A stretch of DNA of 64,000 nucleotides from Octopus sinensis (taxonomy: Eukaryota). The first letter of the stretch is position 1. Each line of letters opens with the position of its first letter. Of the stretch, positions 61,912 through 64,000 are shown piece by piece. Under the pieces are notes generated by a model, which worked only from the letters and a program-made list of their open reading frames with translations, was not told where the DNA came from and did not search any database. The stretch lies in contig NW_021834232.1 of assembly GCF_006345805.1 (NCBI RefSeq), forward strand, positions 43,836 through 107,835, read 5' to 3'. Made by a program: the position numbers and the translations under genes.

Positions 61912-63183
61912 TGTCACATGGGCGACTATGTCGCTATGGGCAGCCAGTCCTTTTACGTGTTTCTATGGAAACCGCAGAAAAGGTATTAAATATTGAATAT
62001 AGCAATTTATATATGGAGGAGTGTAGATTAATCAATTATTCTAATTTAAAATTACATTTGAATTATCTTTTAAAAATGGCTTACCCAAAACTATATTAAT
62101 TTTAACAGCGTGGTTACTCACACTTTGTGATGTCTGGGTTTAATGGTTACGTCAGAAATATTAACGAATACAATCAAATTAAGGAAGGTTAATCGGGATA
62201 TCCCGGAGGATATGAATGCTCGAAGCAAACACCGGTTGGCCAAAAAGGCTTTCAATTTTTGTCAAAAATGTCTGAAGAATCGTCAGCAGAATCATCATTT
62301 AATTTCGAGTTAGGGTTTGGGTTAAGGTTAGGGTTAGATTTTGAATATTTATTTTGTCACTTGCCAACGTTAGGGTTTGGGTTAAGGTTAGGGTTAGATT
62401 TTGAATATTTATTTTGTCACTTGCCAACGTTAGGGTTTGGGTTAAGGTTAGGGTTAGATTTTGAATATTTATTTTGTCACTTGCCAACGTTAGGGTTTGG
62501 GTTAAGGTTAGGGTTAGATTTTGAATATTTATGTTGTCACTTGCCAACGTTAGGGTTTGGGTTATGGTTAGATTTTAAATATTTATGTTGTCACTTGCCA
62601 ACGTTAAGGTTTGGGTTAAGGTTAGGGTTAAGGTTAGGGTTAGATTTTGAATATTTATGTTGTCACTTGCCAACGTTAGGGTTTGGGTTAGGGTTAGATT
62701 TTAAATATTTATGTTGTCACTTGCCAACGTTAGGGTTTGGGTTAAGGTTAGGGTTAGATTTTGAATATATTTATGTTGTCACTTGCCAACGTTAGGGTTT
62801 GGGTTAAGGTTAGGGTTAGATTTTGAATATATTTATGTTGTCACTTGCCAACGTTAGGGTTTGGGTTAAGGTTAGAGTTAAAGTTGTTACAAACTTTGCA
62901 AAAAATTTGATGTAAATTATAATTTGCTAATGTTGCAATTTATATTATCAAAAATAAAAATAAATCACATTATAATTTGCTAATGTTGTAAATAATTTTA
63001 CTATTTTAAAGCAAGCATGGTTCAAATATAAAACATCATTTTCTCAAAAATTTAAAGTTCAATCATTAGTTCGTATATTTTGCCTTTATATTAGTTGGCC
63101 TTTTAGTAAATATTTGCTATGTAGTTGCCATGGAAACACGTAAAGGCCAGGTTGCCCATAGGGGTCTGATCACCCATGTGACA
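61912..63183. mobile_element. Ginger2-type MITE with a ~10-unit, ~60-bp telomere-like array (62310-62880)
   Basis: TIR TGTCACATGGG / CCCATGTGACA; TSD TAATA. Unit TTAGGGTTTGGGTTAAGGTTAGGGTTAGATTTTGAATATTTAT(T/G)TTGTCACTTGCCAACG. Confidence 0.88.
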
Positions 63184-63415
63184 TAATAGCTTTAATTTGA
63201 TTCATGGTCGATAATGATAGATGCATTTAATTTAAAGAGAAAAACATAGGATGAATTGAATTTCTTTATCGCGAATAATTGGGAGTTCATCATTGTTAAT
63301 ATTCTGCTGTCGTTTTCATCAAGGATATTCTTAATACGTGAGATTTTTGCCTCGAAGGTTTTAATGGACCTTATCATGAATGTCGAGGACATTAACGTTG
63401 TTCATTTTAATCAAA

Positions 63416-64000
63416 TGCCCCATGTTTCTTTAACCTGAGGGCTCTCGAATCATTTGATTTTTCGCTTAAATCTAGCTTGGAGTCCATTTGCAATATTACC
63501 CTTGATGAGATCGGTTGGCAACAGGCCACCCTTCCTATAAGCCATGGCGGTATTGGTATCCGATCATCTGTCGACCTTTCTATCCCGGCGTACTTATCTT
63601 CAGTTAATGCGACCAACGATCTGGTCCAGGAGATTCTCCAATCCGTAACCGAATCATCTATGGACACAGAGTCGGTTCGCCGCAGAAAGTCGCTGGCAAG
63701 GGATTGTCTTGGAAATCCCGGAGAATACACACGCTCAAGGCCAATGGGACCGGATCCTCTGCGACCACAAGATGAATAGCCTCAAGCCGAAACTCAATTA
63801 ACATCGCTTGGCTTGCTTATGGGCCGCCTCGCAACCATATTCTGGTGCATGGCTTACAGCAATCCCTATGGCGTCAATCGGCACCTTAATGGACAACGAC
63901 TGTGTAAGGATTTCCGTCTCTCTCCGCCTCGGACTTCCCATTTGCAGAACACACCAGTGCCGCTGCGGTTAAGAGTGGACCCATTTGGCCATCATCCCCT
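63416..64000 (+). mobile_element. 5'-truncated CRE-like element (duplicate of 33764), cut by the window end
   Basis: Same 5' junction (CAAA|TGCCCCATG) and sequence as 33764 onward. Confidence 0.9.

Larger units (their letters stand above)
56186..64000 (+). repeat. Segmental duplication, copy 2 (Helitron part 56186-~57880, minus), with extra insertions
   Basis: Matches 30530 onward; adds the 58558-61773 insertion and a longer MITE. Confidence 0.92.

Noticed and set aside
50610-62880. CRISPR array (75-bp and 60-bp repeats)
   Set aside because: There are no unique spacers, the context is eukaryotic, and no cas genes are present.
62259-62880. True telomere, or the FGLRLGLDFEY repeat protein
   Set aside because: The repeats are degenerate, spaced, and enclosed by TIRs and a TSD with ordinary sequence beyond. 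The ORF is a by-product of the 60-bp period.
1-64000. rRNA, tRNA or snRNA genes
   Set aside because: No recognisable conserved motifs or cloverleaf was seen by eye; a covariance-model scan would be needed to exclude small ncRNAs.

Overview
AT-rich eukaryotic (metazoan) DNA, mostly nested transposable elements. Host genes carry ultra-short (22-30 nt) GT-AG introns. Together with a LIM-homeobox gene, this points to a highly reduced parasitic animal such as a dicyemid mesozoan or possibly a myxozoan; that assignment is inference. The left ~9 kb holds two apparently intact genes (SAC3/GANP-like, minus; CNOT10-like, plus). The rest contains: at least 10 insertions of CRE-like RLE retrotransposons (N-terminal PHD finger), R4/Dong-like RLE elements, RTE remnants, two Jockey/I-type LINEs, Ginger2/TDD-like integrase transposons and their MITEs (TGT...ACA, 5-bp TSDs), hAT, Merlin, pogo/Tigger and Helitron remnants, a ~2.7-kb 75-bp satellite, gene fragments (Lhx1/5-like, Rho-like, NOP56-like), and a ~3.8-kb segment (30530-~34330) duplicated at 56186-64000 with extra insertions. 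Highlights: (1) a CRE-like element inserted with a twin-priming-type 5' inversion, whose empty site is present in the duplicate copy; (2) DNA-transposase genes of two superfamilies containing host-type micro-introns; (3) a Ginger2-type MITE carrying arrays of telomere-like TTAGGG variants; (4) a templated inverted insertion at a hairpin inside a Ginger TIR. Many single-base frameshifts could be long-read errors or decay. No rRNA, tRNA or CRISPR array was found.
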